Part shown: positions 1-9,547 of the stretch, one piece after another | Layout of the letters: every line of letters begins with the position of its first letter | How positions within the stretch are numbered: position 1 is the stretch's first letter | Source of the DNA: Myxococcota bacterium | GTDB lineage: Bacteria > Myxococcota_A > Polyangia > Polyangiales > Houyiibacteriaceae | Length of the DNA stretch: 64,000 bases | Assembly (NCBI GenBank): GCA_039030515.1 | Contig: JBCCEA010000003.1 | Location: 1-64,000, forward strand | Direction of reading: 5' to 3' | The notes under the pieces: generated by a model | What the model was told of the DNA's origin: nothing | Database searches by the model: none | Seen by the model: the letters and a program-made list of their open reading frames with translations, nothing else | Made by a program: the position numbers and the translations under genes

Positions 1-262
1 ACGCATAGCGCCCCGGAAGCGCAGGAGTGAAGGAGTATTAATGATACTTCAAGCTCCGAGCATGGGAGGAAAGCAGGCGTTCAGGCCTAGCGAGGCGTGC
101 TGGGGGGGGGCTGGCTGTTTGGACCAACCAGGCCCGCTGAGTATGCGTATGTCGGCCCAAACAGCTGCTGACCGAAGATGCTCGTCGCTCAACGTACTCA
201 GAGTACGCTCGTCCTCCTCGGCCCGGCGGGCCTAGGTTGGTCGGAACGCCCGCTAGGTATCT

Positions 263-400
263 TCAGAGGCTGCCGTGAAACGAATGCTCGGCGCGCCTCC
301 GTGCTGATTCCACGATCGCCTGCTTGATGATCTCGGCCCGACCTTGATCCGGAAGCGCAAGCGTCTCGGCAAGAATCCAGTCTTCAGCAGCGTTATTCAT
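263..400 (-). pseudogene. Short or decayed putative addiction-module (antitoxin-like) component
   Basis: 45-aa ORF from ATG 400 with GGAAGG upstream. ILAETLALPDQGRAEII resembles the N-terminus of the putative addiction module component family, but the ORF is shorter than usual and no toxin gene is visible. Confidence 0.35.
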
Positions 401-693
401 GCCTTCCACCGTATTCTCTGAGGTACGAGCCGGGCAATCTGGGAGAACACGTTTGCGAGAGTTCGTCGGCATCTGGAGCGCTCTCGTTGAAGGCCGATCA
501 CGAGACAACAGCTACGCGTTCGAACGTATGTCTTCATGTCTGCGCTTGACGAAGGGGCGTGAACTAAGGTTCTCTGGAAGTAGCTAGGGTTCCGTAAAAG
601 ATGGGCTCACACAGAAGATAGGGCGACGAAAAGTATGGGATCTTTGGCAGAACTAGGTGTGTCGAGCGAACAGAGCCGGATCCGGGTCGCGTT

Positions 694-1641
694 TTGAATC
701 CTTTGGTTCCAAGCGATTCGCTACCGAAGCCTAAGGTGGCTTTCGTGGGATCTGGAGGAGCCACAAAGGGGGTAGCTCATCTCGGGGTACTCAAGGCGAT
801 GTATGAGTTAAATATCAAGCCGGATATCTTTGTGGGTGCTTCGGCTGGAGCGATCGCGGGTGCTTTTTTCTCTCAAGGTTTCTCTACGGGGGAGATGGTC
901 GACTGGTTTCGACCGTTCTACGAGCGAGAAAATCCAAGCGGTGCCCTGAGAGGTCGTGATTTCCTCGGTCTCCCCAATCGAGAGCAGTGGTTGAACCTTG
1001 GTTACCTCTTCAGCGGCCTGTTTTCGATCGACAAGTTTGAGGGCTTTTTAGCCAGACGCTTGCCATGCAATGACTTCCGCTCTCTTGGCCGGACTTTTCT
1101 TGTGACTGCGGCAGACGTGGATGGGCGTGGGCGTGCCGTGTTTGGCACCGGCTACCGAGACGACGTCCCGATCAGCAAGGCCGTAGCAGCATCCAGCTGT
1201 GTGCCCCTGCTGTTTCGACCGTATCGCATCGGAGACCGATACTACATCGACGGTGAGGTCGTGCGGACTTTGAGCATTGATCTGGCAGTAGAAGCAGGGG
1301 CAAGTGTGGTGGTCGTCTCGAACGTGTATCGACCGCATGTCGCACGGCCTGAGGAACCGTCCTTAGCGCATCGAGGCGTTGTCGGAGTGACTCGGCAGGC
1401 ACTGAATGTGATCCTAAGCGAGAAAGAAAAGAGAGGCATCGATCTCATTCATCGACTCTACCCGCACGTTACGGTTATCAACGTATCTGCCGATCTGGGG
1501 CGTTTCAGCTTTACCTCACGCTCCAATTTTCAAAAGCTGCTCACTCGGGGCTACCGAGAGGCACTTCGAATGTTGGCCGCATCGAAGCGCCGAGGTGTGT
1601 TCGATGTTGCGTCAAACATGCGGGCGGTCGGAGAGGCCTGA
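694..1641 (+). CDS. Patatin-like phospholipase
   Basis: Gly-rich oxyanion motif GSGGATKGVAH, nucleophile elbow GASAG, catalytic YIDG motif. Confidence 0.9.
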   Translation: MNPLVPSDSLPKPKVAFVGSGGATKGVAHLGVLKAMYELNIKPDIFVGASAGAIAGAFFSQGFSTGEMVDWFRPFYERENPSGALRGRDFLGLPNREQWLNLGYLFSGLFSIDKFEGFLARRLPCNDFRSLGRTFLVTAADVDGRGRAVFGTGYRDDVPISKAVAASSCVPLLFRPYRIGDRYYIDGEVVRTLSIDLAVEAGASVVVVSNVYRPHVARPEEPSLAHRGVVGVTRQALNVILSEKEKRGIDLIHRLYPHVTVINVSADLGRFSFTSRSNFQKLLTRGYREALRMLAASKRRGVFDVASNMRAVGEA

Positions 1642-1647
1642 TTCTGA

Positions 1648-2043
1648 GTGACTTCTACTCAACCCATGGTGGTCGTACTGTGCACGGTTCCCGACTCGCT
1701 GGATCAGGCCGAACTGCTCGCCTCGAAGATGGTTGAGCGGCGTCTGGCTGCATGTGTGAACCTCATTCCTCAAGTCCGCTCGCTGTTTCGATGGGACGGA
1801 GCAGTAGCGCGTGAGGCAGAACTCTTGATGATGATCAAGACCACAGAAGAGATGGTGGTGCATTTGACGTCCTTTCTGCAGGAACATCACCCCTACGATG
1901 TTCCTGAGGTGGTGGCTCTGCCCGCGCAGGCTGCCCTGCCTTACGGAACATGGGTGCAGGATAGTGTCCGAGACGAGAAAGGGGACAAGGTTTCCAGTCT
2001 GCAAGAGTCCTCCAGCACCGCCATTTTGTCTCAGGACGAATAA
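1648..2043 (+). CDS. cutA: Divalent-cation tolerance protein CutA
   Basis: LAACVN, WDG..E and HPYDVPEVVAL motifs; starts 6 bp after the patatin gene. Confidence 0.92.
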   Translation: MTSTQPMVVVLCTVPDSLDQAELLASKMVERRLAACVNLIPQVRSLFRWDGAVAREAELLMMIKTTEEMVVHLTSFLQEHHPYDVPEVVALPAQAALPYGTWVQDSVRDEKGDKVSSLQESSSTAILSQDE

Positions 2044-2192
2044 CCCTCTCTTCAGCGATACATAGGAACGGTCGCGCTGCCAGGTTGCTCCGCGTCATGG
2101 TCGCCGCGTGGCTGGAGAAACAGCGCCCTTAGACTGGACGAGCCACGTCTACTTCGAGCGTAGAGGACTGCGTGTTTGACGGAGCCCGCTCG

Positions 2193-3005
2193 CTACAAAG
2201 CGACGACCTTGCTTTGCAAATTTCGGTCGATGAGCAGAGCAGAATCTTCAGGGATAAGCTGAAAGTCTGCAGGGGGCGCGTCTGCCAGACTTAGCGCGAG
2301 CACGTACCGAACGGCCTGCGGGTCGGAGGTTTTTGGTGTGGACTCCTGACTCTGCGTTTCATCGAGACCGACTCGAGTGGTGTAGGCCATCGCAGGACCT
2401 CGCCGAACCAGAACCATGCTGGCGCCCTGCGTTAGCGCAAAGTTCAAGGCGGAACGCTCTGCGCCGATTTCGTCCGTTAAACCATCTATCCTTGCGATGC
2501 TGGATCGAAGTGACTCGAGTAGGTCATGCTCATCGATGTCTAGTCGGTCGAGCTGACCCGAACTGTGCAGAAACGACAAGATGACATGAAAGAACGCCTC
2601 GGAGTCGGTGTTGCCGCGAATGTTGCGACGTAGAAAATCTGGAAGTGAATGAAGCACTCGATCACGAATTGCATCGAACCCATGGATCGTACCGTCGTGG
2701 GCGAACAGCCATCGGCGCATTCGAAATGGATGAATGTTTTCGGCACGAAAATCACCCACGGTGGGTTTGCGAAGGTGGATCACTGCGCAGTCCGACCGCA
2801 CGTTACTCGCGACTTCATCCCAGTCGATGCCGTGGTCGCTGGTCATGGGCCGCTTCTTATGTAGAACTTCGCCGTCCTGATAGAAGCCGATGCCCCACGC
2901 AGCTGCTGGTTCGGCAGCGAGCGTGCTCACGATACGTTGCTCTTGGTGCAGCACGTTGCTCAGCCGGTCACGGCGATTCGAGACATACGCGATGAGACCT
3001 GCCAT
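2193..3005 (-). CDS. Class II glutamine amidotransferase-fold (YafJ/EgtC-like) protein lacking the N-terminal Cys
   Basis: WGIGFY, HLRKPT, NIHPF, FAHDG and GNTDSE motifs. Strong GGAGG SD before ATG 3005; the N-terminus is MAGL rather than MC. Confidence 0.85.
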   Translation of the reverse strand: MAGLIAYVSNRRDRLSNVLHQEQRIVSTLAAEPAAAWGIGFYQDGEVLHKKRPMTSDHGIDWDEVASNVRSDCAVIHLRKPTVGDFRAENIHPFRMRRWLFAHDGTIHGFDAIRDRVLHSLPDFLRRNIRGNTDSEAFFHVILSFLHSSGQLDRLDIDEHDLLESLRSSIARIDGLTDEIGAERSALNFALTQGASMVLVRRGPAMAYTTRVGLDETQSQESTPKTSDPQAVRYVLALSLADAPPADFQLIPEDSALLIDRNLQSKVVAL

Positions 3006-3536
3006 CTATCCCCTCCCTAGATTCCAAAGGCGCGCTCACCGCTGAGCAAACGACGTATTGGAGTTGCACAAAGTTCCGCTGGTCGCCGTGATCACCTCAT
3101 GACGGGCGCCCCGATCTCGTCCGCAGTACGGCATCTTTTGGGTTCTCGAACCTTTGTTCAAAAAACGATTCCCCGAAAGTGACTCAGGAAACCTTTGAAT
3201 CATGGGTAATTCGATCACGACAAGCGCCACCGACCCCGCCTGCCTTCCCTTGAGATACCGTTATACGACTGCTGAAGAGCAAGCTCCCGAGCCGCCGTCC
3301 TATCCTTGAGATTAGCACGTACTCTGAAGTTCCTCAAAGTCCACAAGGGTTCTCGATGGTGCCCGCTAGCGGCTGCACTGTGCGTAAACATCGAGGGCGC
3401 AAACATCGCGGCTTCCTCATGCAAAGTTGATTCAAGTCCAATGACTACTGCACTCTGATAACACCGCGATTTGGGTCGGTTGCTGCTTTACGGAAATTGC
3501 TCGCGCCGGCGCGCTGAAAGAACATTCGATTTCTAT

Positions 3537-4451
3537 ATGCCCCATGCGCTCTACCTTTGGATCGACGACTACCTCAAGCACCTATCCGTGGAGCGGTCGC
3601 TCAGTCCTCTTTCGATCGAGGCGTACGCCTCAGACCTGCGCTCCTTTGCCCGATACGTAGAAGATCGAAAACTCGAGCTTCATTCGATCACCCTCACGGA
3701 GCTCAGTGAGTTCCTTCAATGCAGAGCATCCTCGGGACTCGACGCTCGCTCACAAGCGAGACTCCTGAGCTCCATCCGAGGTTTTTTTCGCTATCTCAGA
3801 CAAGAAGGTGAAACCAACAGCGATCCTACAGAAGCGCTGGCCCGTCCCAGCGTAGGCCTGCGCTTGCCAGTGATTCTCTCGTTTGAGGAAGTCCAACGCC
3901 TGCTCTCGGCGCCGCAGCGGGATACGCGCAGAGGAGTTCGTGATTTTGCCATGCTTCAAACGATGTACGCTGCCGGTCTTCGAGTCAGCGAACTGGTGCA
4001 TTTGCAGCTGAGGGAGATCTCCGTCACCGAAGGGTTCGTCATGCCTTACGGCAAAGGCCGAAAGGCCCGCATGGTGCCCTTGGCAGCCTCTGCGTGCGCC
4101 GCGGTGGCTCAGTGGCTCGACGACGAACGATCTCATTGGGCCAAAAAAGAATCGCCTCACGTCTTTGTAACCTCTCGAGGTTCTTGCATGACGCGGCAAG
4201 CATTCTGGAAGTTGGTCAAGCGTTACGCTCGCGAGGTCGGCATCCAAACAGAGATCTCTCCACACAAACTCAGGCATTCCTTTGCAACTCATCTGCTTGT
4301 CGGAGGTGCGGACCTTCGGGTGCTGCAGCTGCTGCTCGGCCATGCGGACATCTCCACGACGCAGGTATACACTCATGTCGCTCAAGACCACCTTGCAGAG
4401 ATGCACCGTCGATACCACCCACGAGGAGCTGCTGAGTACTCGTCTACCTGA
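3537..4451 (+). CDS. xerD: Tyrosine recombinase XerD
   Basis: GLRVSEL, GKGRKAR, SPHKLRHSFATHLL, LLGHADISTTQVY and a C-terminal HPR; start set at ATG 3537. Confidence 0.92.
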   Translation: MPHALYLWIDDYLKHLSVERSLSPLSIEAYASDLRSFARYVEDRKLELHSITLTELSEFLQCRASSGLDARSQARLLSSIRGFFRYLRQEGETNSDPTEALARPSVGLRLPVILSFEEVQRLLSAPQRDTRRGVRDFAMLQTMYAAGLRVSELVHLQLREISVTEGFVMPYGKGRKARMVPLAASACAAVAQWLDDERSHWAKKESPHVFVTSRGSCMTRQAFWKLVKRYAREVGIQTEISPHKLRHSFATHLLVGGADLRVLQLLLGHADISTTQVYTHVAQDHLAEMHRRYHPRGAAEYSST

Positions 4452-4554
4452 GCGCGTCGCCCTGATGGTTCCGGCTAAGGCGTGTTCGCAGAGAGCTCAG
4501 TCGGTCTTTTTGAGGCGCTCCCTGCAGCCGACATAGGAGACCGGCGTTCGGTTG

Positions 4555-4563
4555 TGGTATAAA
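4555..4563 (+). promoter_or_regulatory. Extended -10 element upstream of the icd-mdh-sucCD-ndk cluster
   Basis: TGgTATAAA about 70 nt upstream of the icd ATG. Confidence 0.5.
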
Positions 4564-4634
4564 CCGCCAGCCGCCCGATTTTGTGTCTTGAACCAGTTCC
4601 CTTTCAGGCGGTTGGCCAATGGAGGATTTGCGAG

Positions 4635-5942
4635 ATGTCCAATCCAGCTTTCCCGGCTCCTACGTCCGGCACCCCTCTCCGCATGGGAGAGCAAGGTCGG
4701 CTGAAGGTTGCCGACGATCCGATCATCCCGTTCATTGAAGGTGACGGAACAGGCCCCGATATCTGGAAAGCAAGCCGCCGGGTTATCGACGCTGCAGTGG
4801 AGCAGGCCTACAGCGGAAGCAGACGGATTGCTTGGTGGGAAGTGTTCGCTGGGCAGAAGGCTTTTGACCGATTTGGTAGTTGGTTGCCGGATGCCACGAT
4901 TCAAGGGTTCAGAGAGTACCTGGTGGGGATCAAGGGCCCGCTAACGACCCCGATAGGCGGTGGCATACGTTCACTCAATGTTGCGTTGCGTCAGAAGCTG
5001 GACCTCTACACCTGCCTCAGACCGGTTCGATGGTTCGAAGGAGTGCCCTCGCCGGTTAAGAGTCCCGAAGATGTTGATATGGTGATCTTCCGCGAAAACA
5101 CAGAAGACATCTACGCAGGGATCGAATTTGAGCAAGGAACTCCCGATACCGCCAAGTTACTCGCTTGGCTCAAAGAGGTTTTTCCGGAGCGCCACGCGAA
5201 AATACGCTTCCCGGACACTGCCGGGGTAGGCCTCAAACCGGTATCCATAGAGGGAACAGAGCGGCTGGTGCGCGGGGCGATCCAGTATGCGATCGAGAAT
5301 CAGCGCAAGAGCGTCACCCTCGTTCACAAAGGCAACATCATGAAGTTTACGGAGGGCGCGTTCCGAAACTGGGGCTTTGCGCTCTCCGAAAAAGAATTTG
5401 CGAATCAAACATATACTTGGGGCCAGTGGGATCGAACCAAGGCCGCAAAAGGAGAGGAAGCCGCCAACGCAGAGCAAGCCAAGGCGGTGCAGGACGGCAA
5501 GATTGTCGTGAAAGATGCGATCGCCGACATCGCGCTGCAGCAAGTGCTCACCAGGCCAAAGACCTTTGACGTCATCGCCACCCTAAATCTCAACGGTGAC
5601 TACCTATCTGACGCGCTCGCTGCTCAGGTCGGAGGGATCGGGATCGCGCCTGGAGGCAACGTCAACTACACCAGCGGACACGCGATCTTTGAGGCGACTC
5701 ATGGGACCGCTCCCAAATATGCCGATCTGGATAAGGTCAACCCTTCTTCCGTGATCTTATCCGGCGAGATGATGTTGCGTCATCTCGGATGGACCGAAGC
5801 GGCGGACAAGATACTCAAGGGGATCGAAAAGACTATCGCCGACAAGACGGTGACCTACGATTTTCATCGACTAATGGAGGGCGCGACCAAGCTGAAATGC
5901 TCAGAATTTGGGGACGCCATTATCAAGAACATGGAGGCTTGA
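4635..5942 (+). CDS. icd: NADP-dependent isocitrate dehydrogenase
   Basis: [25 protein letters not shown] and HGTAPKY (NADP-type K-Y); GGAGGA SD at 4621. Confidence 0.97.
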   Translation: MSNPAFPAPTSGTPLRMGEQGRLKVADDPIIPFIEGDGTGPDIWKASRRVIDAAVEQAYSGSRRIAWWEVFAGQKAFDRFGSWLPDATIQGFREYLVGIKGPLTTPIGGGIRSLNVALRQKLDLYTCLRPVRWFEGVPSPVKSPEDVDMVIFRENTEDIYAGIEFEQGTPDTAKLLAWLKEVFPERHAKIRFPDTAGVGLKPVSIEGTERLVRGAIQYAIENQRKSVTLVHKGNIMKFTEGAFRNWGFALSEKEFANQTYTWGQWDRTKAAKGEEAANAEQAKAVQDGKIVVKDAIADIALQQVLTRPKTFDVIATLNLNGDYLSDALAAQVGGIGIAPGGNVNYTSGHAIFEATHGTAPKYADLDKVNPSSVILSGEMMLRHLGWTEAADKILKGIEKTIADKTVTYDFHRLMEGATKLKCSEFGDAIIKNMEA

Positions 5943-5944
5943 GA

Positions 5945-6883
5945 ATGCCGCAGCGTAAAAAAATCGCTCTTATCGGAGCGGGAAATATCGGTGGCGAGCT
6001 TGCCCAAATGGCGGCCCGTAGAGAGCTCGGCGACGTGGTGCTTCTCGACATTCCCGAAAAAGCAGATGTGGCGAAAGGCAAGGCGCTCGATTTGTCTCAG
6101 TCTTGCGCACTCGATGGGGTCGACGCCGAGATCACGGGCACTGGAGATTACGCCGATATTCAGGGTGCCAGTGTCTGCATTGTCACCGCCGGCGTACCCC
6201 GTAAACCCGGCATGAGTCGTGACGATCTCCTCTCGATCAACCTGAAGATCATTCGCGCTGTTGCGGAAGGGATCAAAAAGTACGCGCCGGAAGCGTTCGT
6301 GATCGTGATCTCCAATCCCTTGGACGCGATGGTATTCGAGATGCAAAAAGTGACCGGCTTTCCCCACAAGCGGGTCTGCGGCATGGCCGGCATGCTTGAC
6401 TCTGCACGCTTTCAGCATTTCATCGTAGATCACCTCAAGGTGAGTCCCAAGGAGGTCAATGTTTTGGTGCTTGGCGGTCACGGCGATACGATGGTTCCCG
6501 CACTGAGCTACTGTACCGTCAACGGCATTCCAGTGGGTGACTTGATCGACGCTGAGACCTTACAGGCAATGGTCGAGCGCACGAAGATGGGCGGCGGGGA
6601 GATCGTCAAGCTCATGGGGACGAGCGCATACGTCGCTCCCGCGGCGGGAGCTGTCGCGATGGCCGAGAGCTACCTAAAGGCGCAAAATCGTCTGATTCCT
6701 TGCGCCGCGTATCTGACTGGCCAGTACGGTCAAGAAGGTATCTATATGGGAGTTCCCTGTATTGTAGGCGCTGAGGGCGTAGAAAAAGTAGTCGAGATTA
6801 AGCTCACCGAGGACGAAAGAGCGAAGCTGGATAAGAGTGCTTCGCACGTGAAAGAACTTCTCGAGGCCGCCAGTAAGGCCTGA
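5945..6883 (+). CDS. mdh: Malate dehydrogenase (LDH-like)
   Basis: GAGNIG, PRKPGMSRDDL, SNPLD and GGHGD motifs; starts 2 bp after icd. Confidence 0.97.
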   Translation: MPQRKKIALIGAGNIGGELAQMAARRELGDVVLLDIPEKADVAKGKALDLSQSCALDGVDAEITGTGDYADIQGASVCIVTAGVPRKPGMSRDDLLSINLKIIRAVAEGIKKYAPEAFVIVISNPLDAMVFEMQKVTGFPHKRVCGMAGMLDSARFQHFIVDHLKVSPKEVNVLVLGGHGDTMVPALSYCTVNGIPVGDLIDAETLQAMVERTKMGGGEIVKLMGTSAYVAPAAGAVAMAESYLKAQNRLIPCAAYLTGQYGQEGIYMGVPCIVGAEGVEKVVEIKLTEDERAKLDKSASHVKELLEAASKA

Positions 6884-6900
6884 AACGCAGGAGATAGCCC

Positions 6901-8082
6901 GTGAATATCCACGAATATCAAGGCAAAGAACTCTACCGCAAATACGGAATTTCGTGTCCCGACGGCATTGCGGCCTTCTCAGTTGAGGAGGCCGAAGCGG
7001 CAGCTTCTAAACTTATCGGTCAGACCGGCAGTGAAGTCGTCGTCGTCAAGGCGCAGATTCATGCAGGTGGTCGCGGTAAGGCTGGGGGAGTCAAGGTAGT
7101 GAAAGGAGCTTCGGCCGCCAGGGATGCGGCCCAAGCCATGCTCGGAACTACGTTGGTGACGCACCAGACCGGCCCTGAGGGTAAAAAGGTAGAACGTCTC
7201 TATGTCGAGCAGGGACTGGGCATTCAAAGCGAGCTCTATCTCGCTTTGGTCGTCGATCGGGACACCCGCCGTATTGCGATTATGGCGAGCACTGAGGGAG
7301 GCGTAGACATCGAAGAGGTGGCCGAACACTCTCCCGAGAAAATCTTCAGGGTGTTCCTTGATCCGGCAGTCGGTCTTCAAAGCTACCAGGTTAGGCAGCT
7401 CGGCTTTGGTCTCAAGTTAAACAAGGCGCAGCTAAAGAGCTTTGGAGTGCTCGTGTCCAAATTGGCTGAGCTTTTCGAAAAAGAAGACTGCTCCCTCGCA
7501 GAGATCAATCCACTGATCATCACCGAGGACGACCAGGTGATGGCGCTCGACGCAAAGCTGAATTTTGACGACAACGCCATCTTTCGTCACCCAGCCTGGA
7601 ATGAGCTGCGCGATCCATCCGAGGAGGCAGAGACGGAGACGGAGGCTAAGGCGGCAGGGCTGAGCTACATTCAGCTCGATGGCAACATCGGTTGCCTTGT
7701 CAACGGAGCCGGCCTCGCGATGGCGACGATGGATATCATCAAGCATTTCGGCGGAGAGCCTGCAAACTTCTTAGATGTAGGTGGGGGCGCGAGCCAAGAG
7801 GCTGTCACAAAGGCGTTCAAGATCATTCTCAAGTCGGACACGGTTCGGGGAATCTTCGTCAACATTTTTGGTGGCATCATGAAGTGCGACATCATCGCCA
7901 ATGGGGTAGTCGCCGCTTCCAAAGAACTCGGTCTCACCGTTCCATTGGTCGTACGCCTCGCGGGAACAAACGTCGAAGAAGGACGAGCGATTCTGGAACA
8001 CAGCGGTCTTGCCATTCATCCGGCGTCCACGATGGCCGAAGGTGCAGCGTATATCTGTCGGCTTGTTGGAGAGGGGAAATAG
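6901..8082 (+). CDS. sucC: Succinyl-CoA synthetase beta subunit
   Basis: [34 protein letters not shown] and NFLDVGG motifs. Confidence 0.98.
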   Translation: MNIHEYQGKELYRKYGISCPDGIAAFSVEEAEAAASKLIGQTGSEVVVVKAQIHAGGRGKAGGVKVVKGASAARDAAQAMLGTTLVTHQTGPEGKKVERLYVEQGLGIQSELYLALVVDRDTRRIAIMASTEGGVDIEEVAEHSPEKIFRVFLDPAVGLQSYQVRQLGFGLKLNKAQLKSFGVLVSKLAELFEKEDCSLAEINPLIITEDDQVMALDAKLNFDDNAIFRHPAWNELRDPSEEAETETEAKAAGLSYIQLDGNIGCLVNGAGLAMATMDIIKHFGGEPANFLDVGGGASQEAVTKAFKIILKSDTVRGIFVNIFGGIMKCDIIANGVVAASKELGLTVPLVVRLAGTNVEEGRAILEHSGLAIHPASTMAEGAAYICRLVGEGK

Positions 8083-8084
8083 CC

Positions 8085-8960
8085 ATGGCGATTATGGTAG
8101 ACAAAGACACTCGGCTCTTGATTCAAGGAATTACGGGATCGACCGGAAGCTTCCACGCCAAGGGCTGCAAGGACTATGGAACTCGTCTCGTGGCAGGGGT
8201 AACCCCCGGACGCGAAGGTCAGAAGTTTGAGGGCTCCGTACCCATCTTCAACACAGTCGAGAAGGCAGTGGCAGAGACCGGTTGCAACGCCACCTGCATC
8301 TTCGTACCCCCTCCGTTCGCAGCGGATGCAATCCTAGAAGCGATCGATGCCGGCATCGAGCTGATCATCGCCATCACCGAGGGGATTCCGGTGATGGACA
8401 TGGTGAAGGTTCGACGTGTGCTCGGTGCGCAGCAAAAGTCACGCTTGGTTGGACCCAACTGCCCCGGTGTGATCACGCCGGGTGCATGCAAGATCGGCAT
8501 CATGCCCGGGCACATTCACAAGCCCGGAGACATCGGAGTGGTCAGCAGAAGTGGAACGTTGACCTACGAGGCAGTGGGGCAGTTGACGGCGCTCGGCATC
8601 GGTCAGAGTACGTGCGTCGGAATTGGTGGTGATCCCGTGAATGGAACGGATTTCATCGACGTCTTGAAGCTCTTCAATGAAGACCCCGAAACAAGGGGCG
8701 TGATCATGATCGGAGAGATCGGCGGCAACGCTGAGGAATCGGCTGCAGACTACATCAAGGAACATTTTACCAAGCCGGTGGCTGGATTTATCGCAGGACG
8801 CACAGCTCCACCAGGTAAGCGCATGGGCCATGCCGGCGCGATTATCAGCGGTGGTAAAGGCACAGCGGATGCAAAAATGGCGGCGCTGGAAGCCGCAGGA
8901 GTAAAAATGGCTCCTACCCCGAGCGATATGGGTACGACCATGCAATCGTTGCTCGCCTAG
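8085..8960 (+). CDS. sucD: Succinyl-CoA synthetase alpha subunit
   Basis: [20 protein letters not shown] and RMGHAGA (phospho-His) motifs; start ATG 8085. Confidence 0.98.
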   Translation: MAIMVDKDTRLLIQGITGSTGSFHAKGCKDYGTRLVAGVTPGREGQKFEGSVPIFNTVEKAVAETGCNATCIFVPPPFAADAILEAIDAGIELIIAITEGIPVMDMVKVRRVLGAQQKSRLVGPNCPGVITPGACKIGIMPGHIHKPGDIGVVSRSGTLTYEAVGQLTALGIGQSTCVGIGGDPVNGTDFIDVLKLFNEDPETRGVIMIGEIGGNAEESAADYIKEHFTKPVAGFIAGRTAPPGKRMGHAGAIISGGKGTADAKMAALEAAGVKMAPTPSDMGTTMQSLLA

Positions 8961-9002
8961 GCCGAGAACACGAGCCTAGACAGGACCAGGAGTGACCTTC
9001 CC

Positions 9003-9422
9003 ATGCCATTAGAATGCACACTCAGCATCGTGAAACCTGATGCGGTAGAGAAAAACAAAGTTGGGGCGATCGTCGCGATGATCGAAAACGCGGGACTTAA
9101 GATTCGCGCGATGAAAATGATGCACCTGTCGCGTTCCCAGGCAGAAGGATTCTACCACGTGCACCGTGAGCGTGGCTTCTTTGGTGAGCTGGTAGAATTC
9201 ATGACTCGAGGTCCAGTCGTGGTGATGTGCCTCGAGGGTGAAGACGCGATCGCTCGCTATCGCAAGCTGATGGGGGCCACCAACCCAGCAGAGGCTGGAG
9301 AGGGAACAATTCGAAAGGCATTTGGCGCGGATATCGGAGAAAATGCCTGTCACGGCAGTGACGCTCCGGAGACTGCCAAATTCGAAATTGGCTATTATTT
9401 CCCGAGCTACGAGCTCGCTTAA
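9003..9422 (+). CDS. ndk: Nucleoside diphosphate kinase
   Basis: [15 protein letters not shown] and NACHGSD motifs. Confidence 0.98.
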   Translation: MPLECTLSIVKPDAVEKNKVGAIVAMIENAGLKIRAMKMMHLSRSQAEGFYHVHRERGFFGELVEFMTRGPVVVMCLEGEDAIARYRKLMGATNPAEAGEGTIRKAFGADIGENACHGSDAPETAKFEIGYYFPSYELA

Positions 9423-9467
9423 GTCTGGCGAGCGGATCTTGATAACACGTGCTGGATGTCGTGACGG

Positions 9468-9496
9468 ACTCCAGAACACATAGCGAGCTCTGGAGT
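9468..9496. terminator. Possible hairpin or terminator between convergent ndk and TonB-like genes
   Basis: Inverted repeat ACTCCAGA...TCTGGAGT; no clear U-tract. Confidence 0.3.
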
Positions 9497-9547
9497 GATT
9501 CTAGGCCGCGTGCTCGTTCGGTTGGATCACGATATCGAGCTCGCAGC

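Noticed and set aside
102..110. G9 homopolymer as a phase-variation tract
   Set aside because: It is not inside a credible gene or recognisable promoter.
3537..4451. Tyrosine recombinase as a mobile-element integrase
   Set aside because: Size and motifs fit housekeeping XerD; no att repeats or cargo genes flank it.
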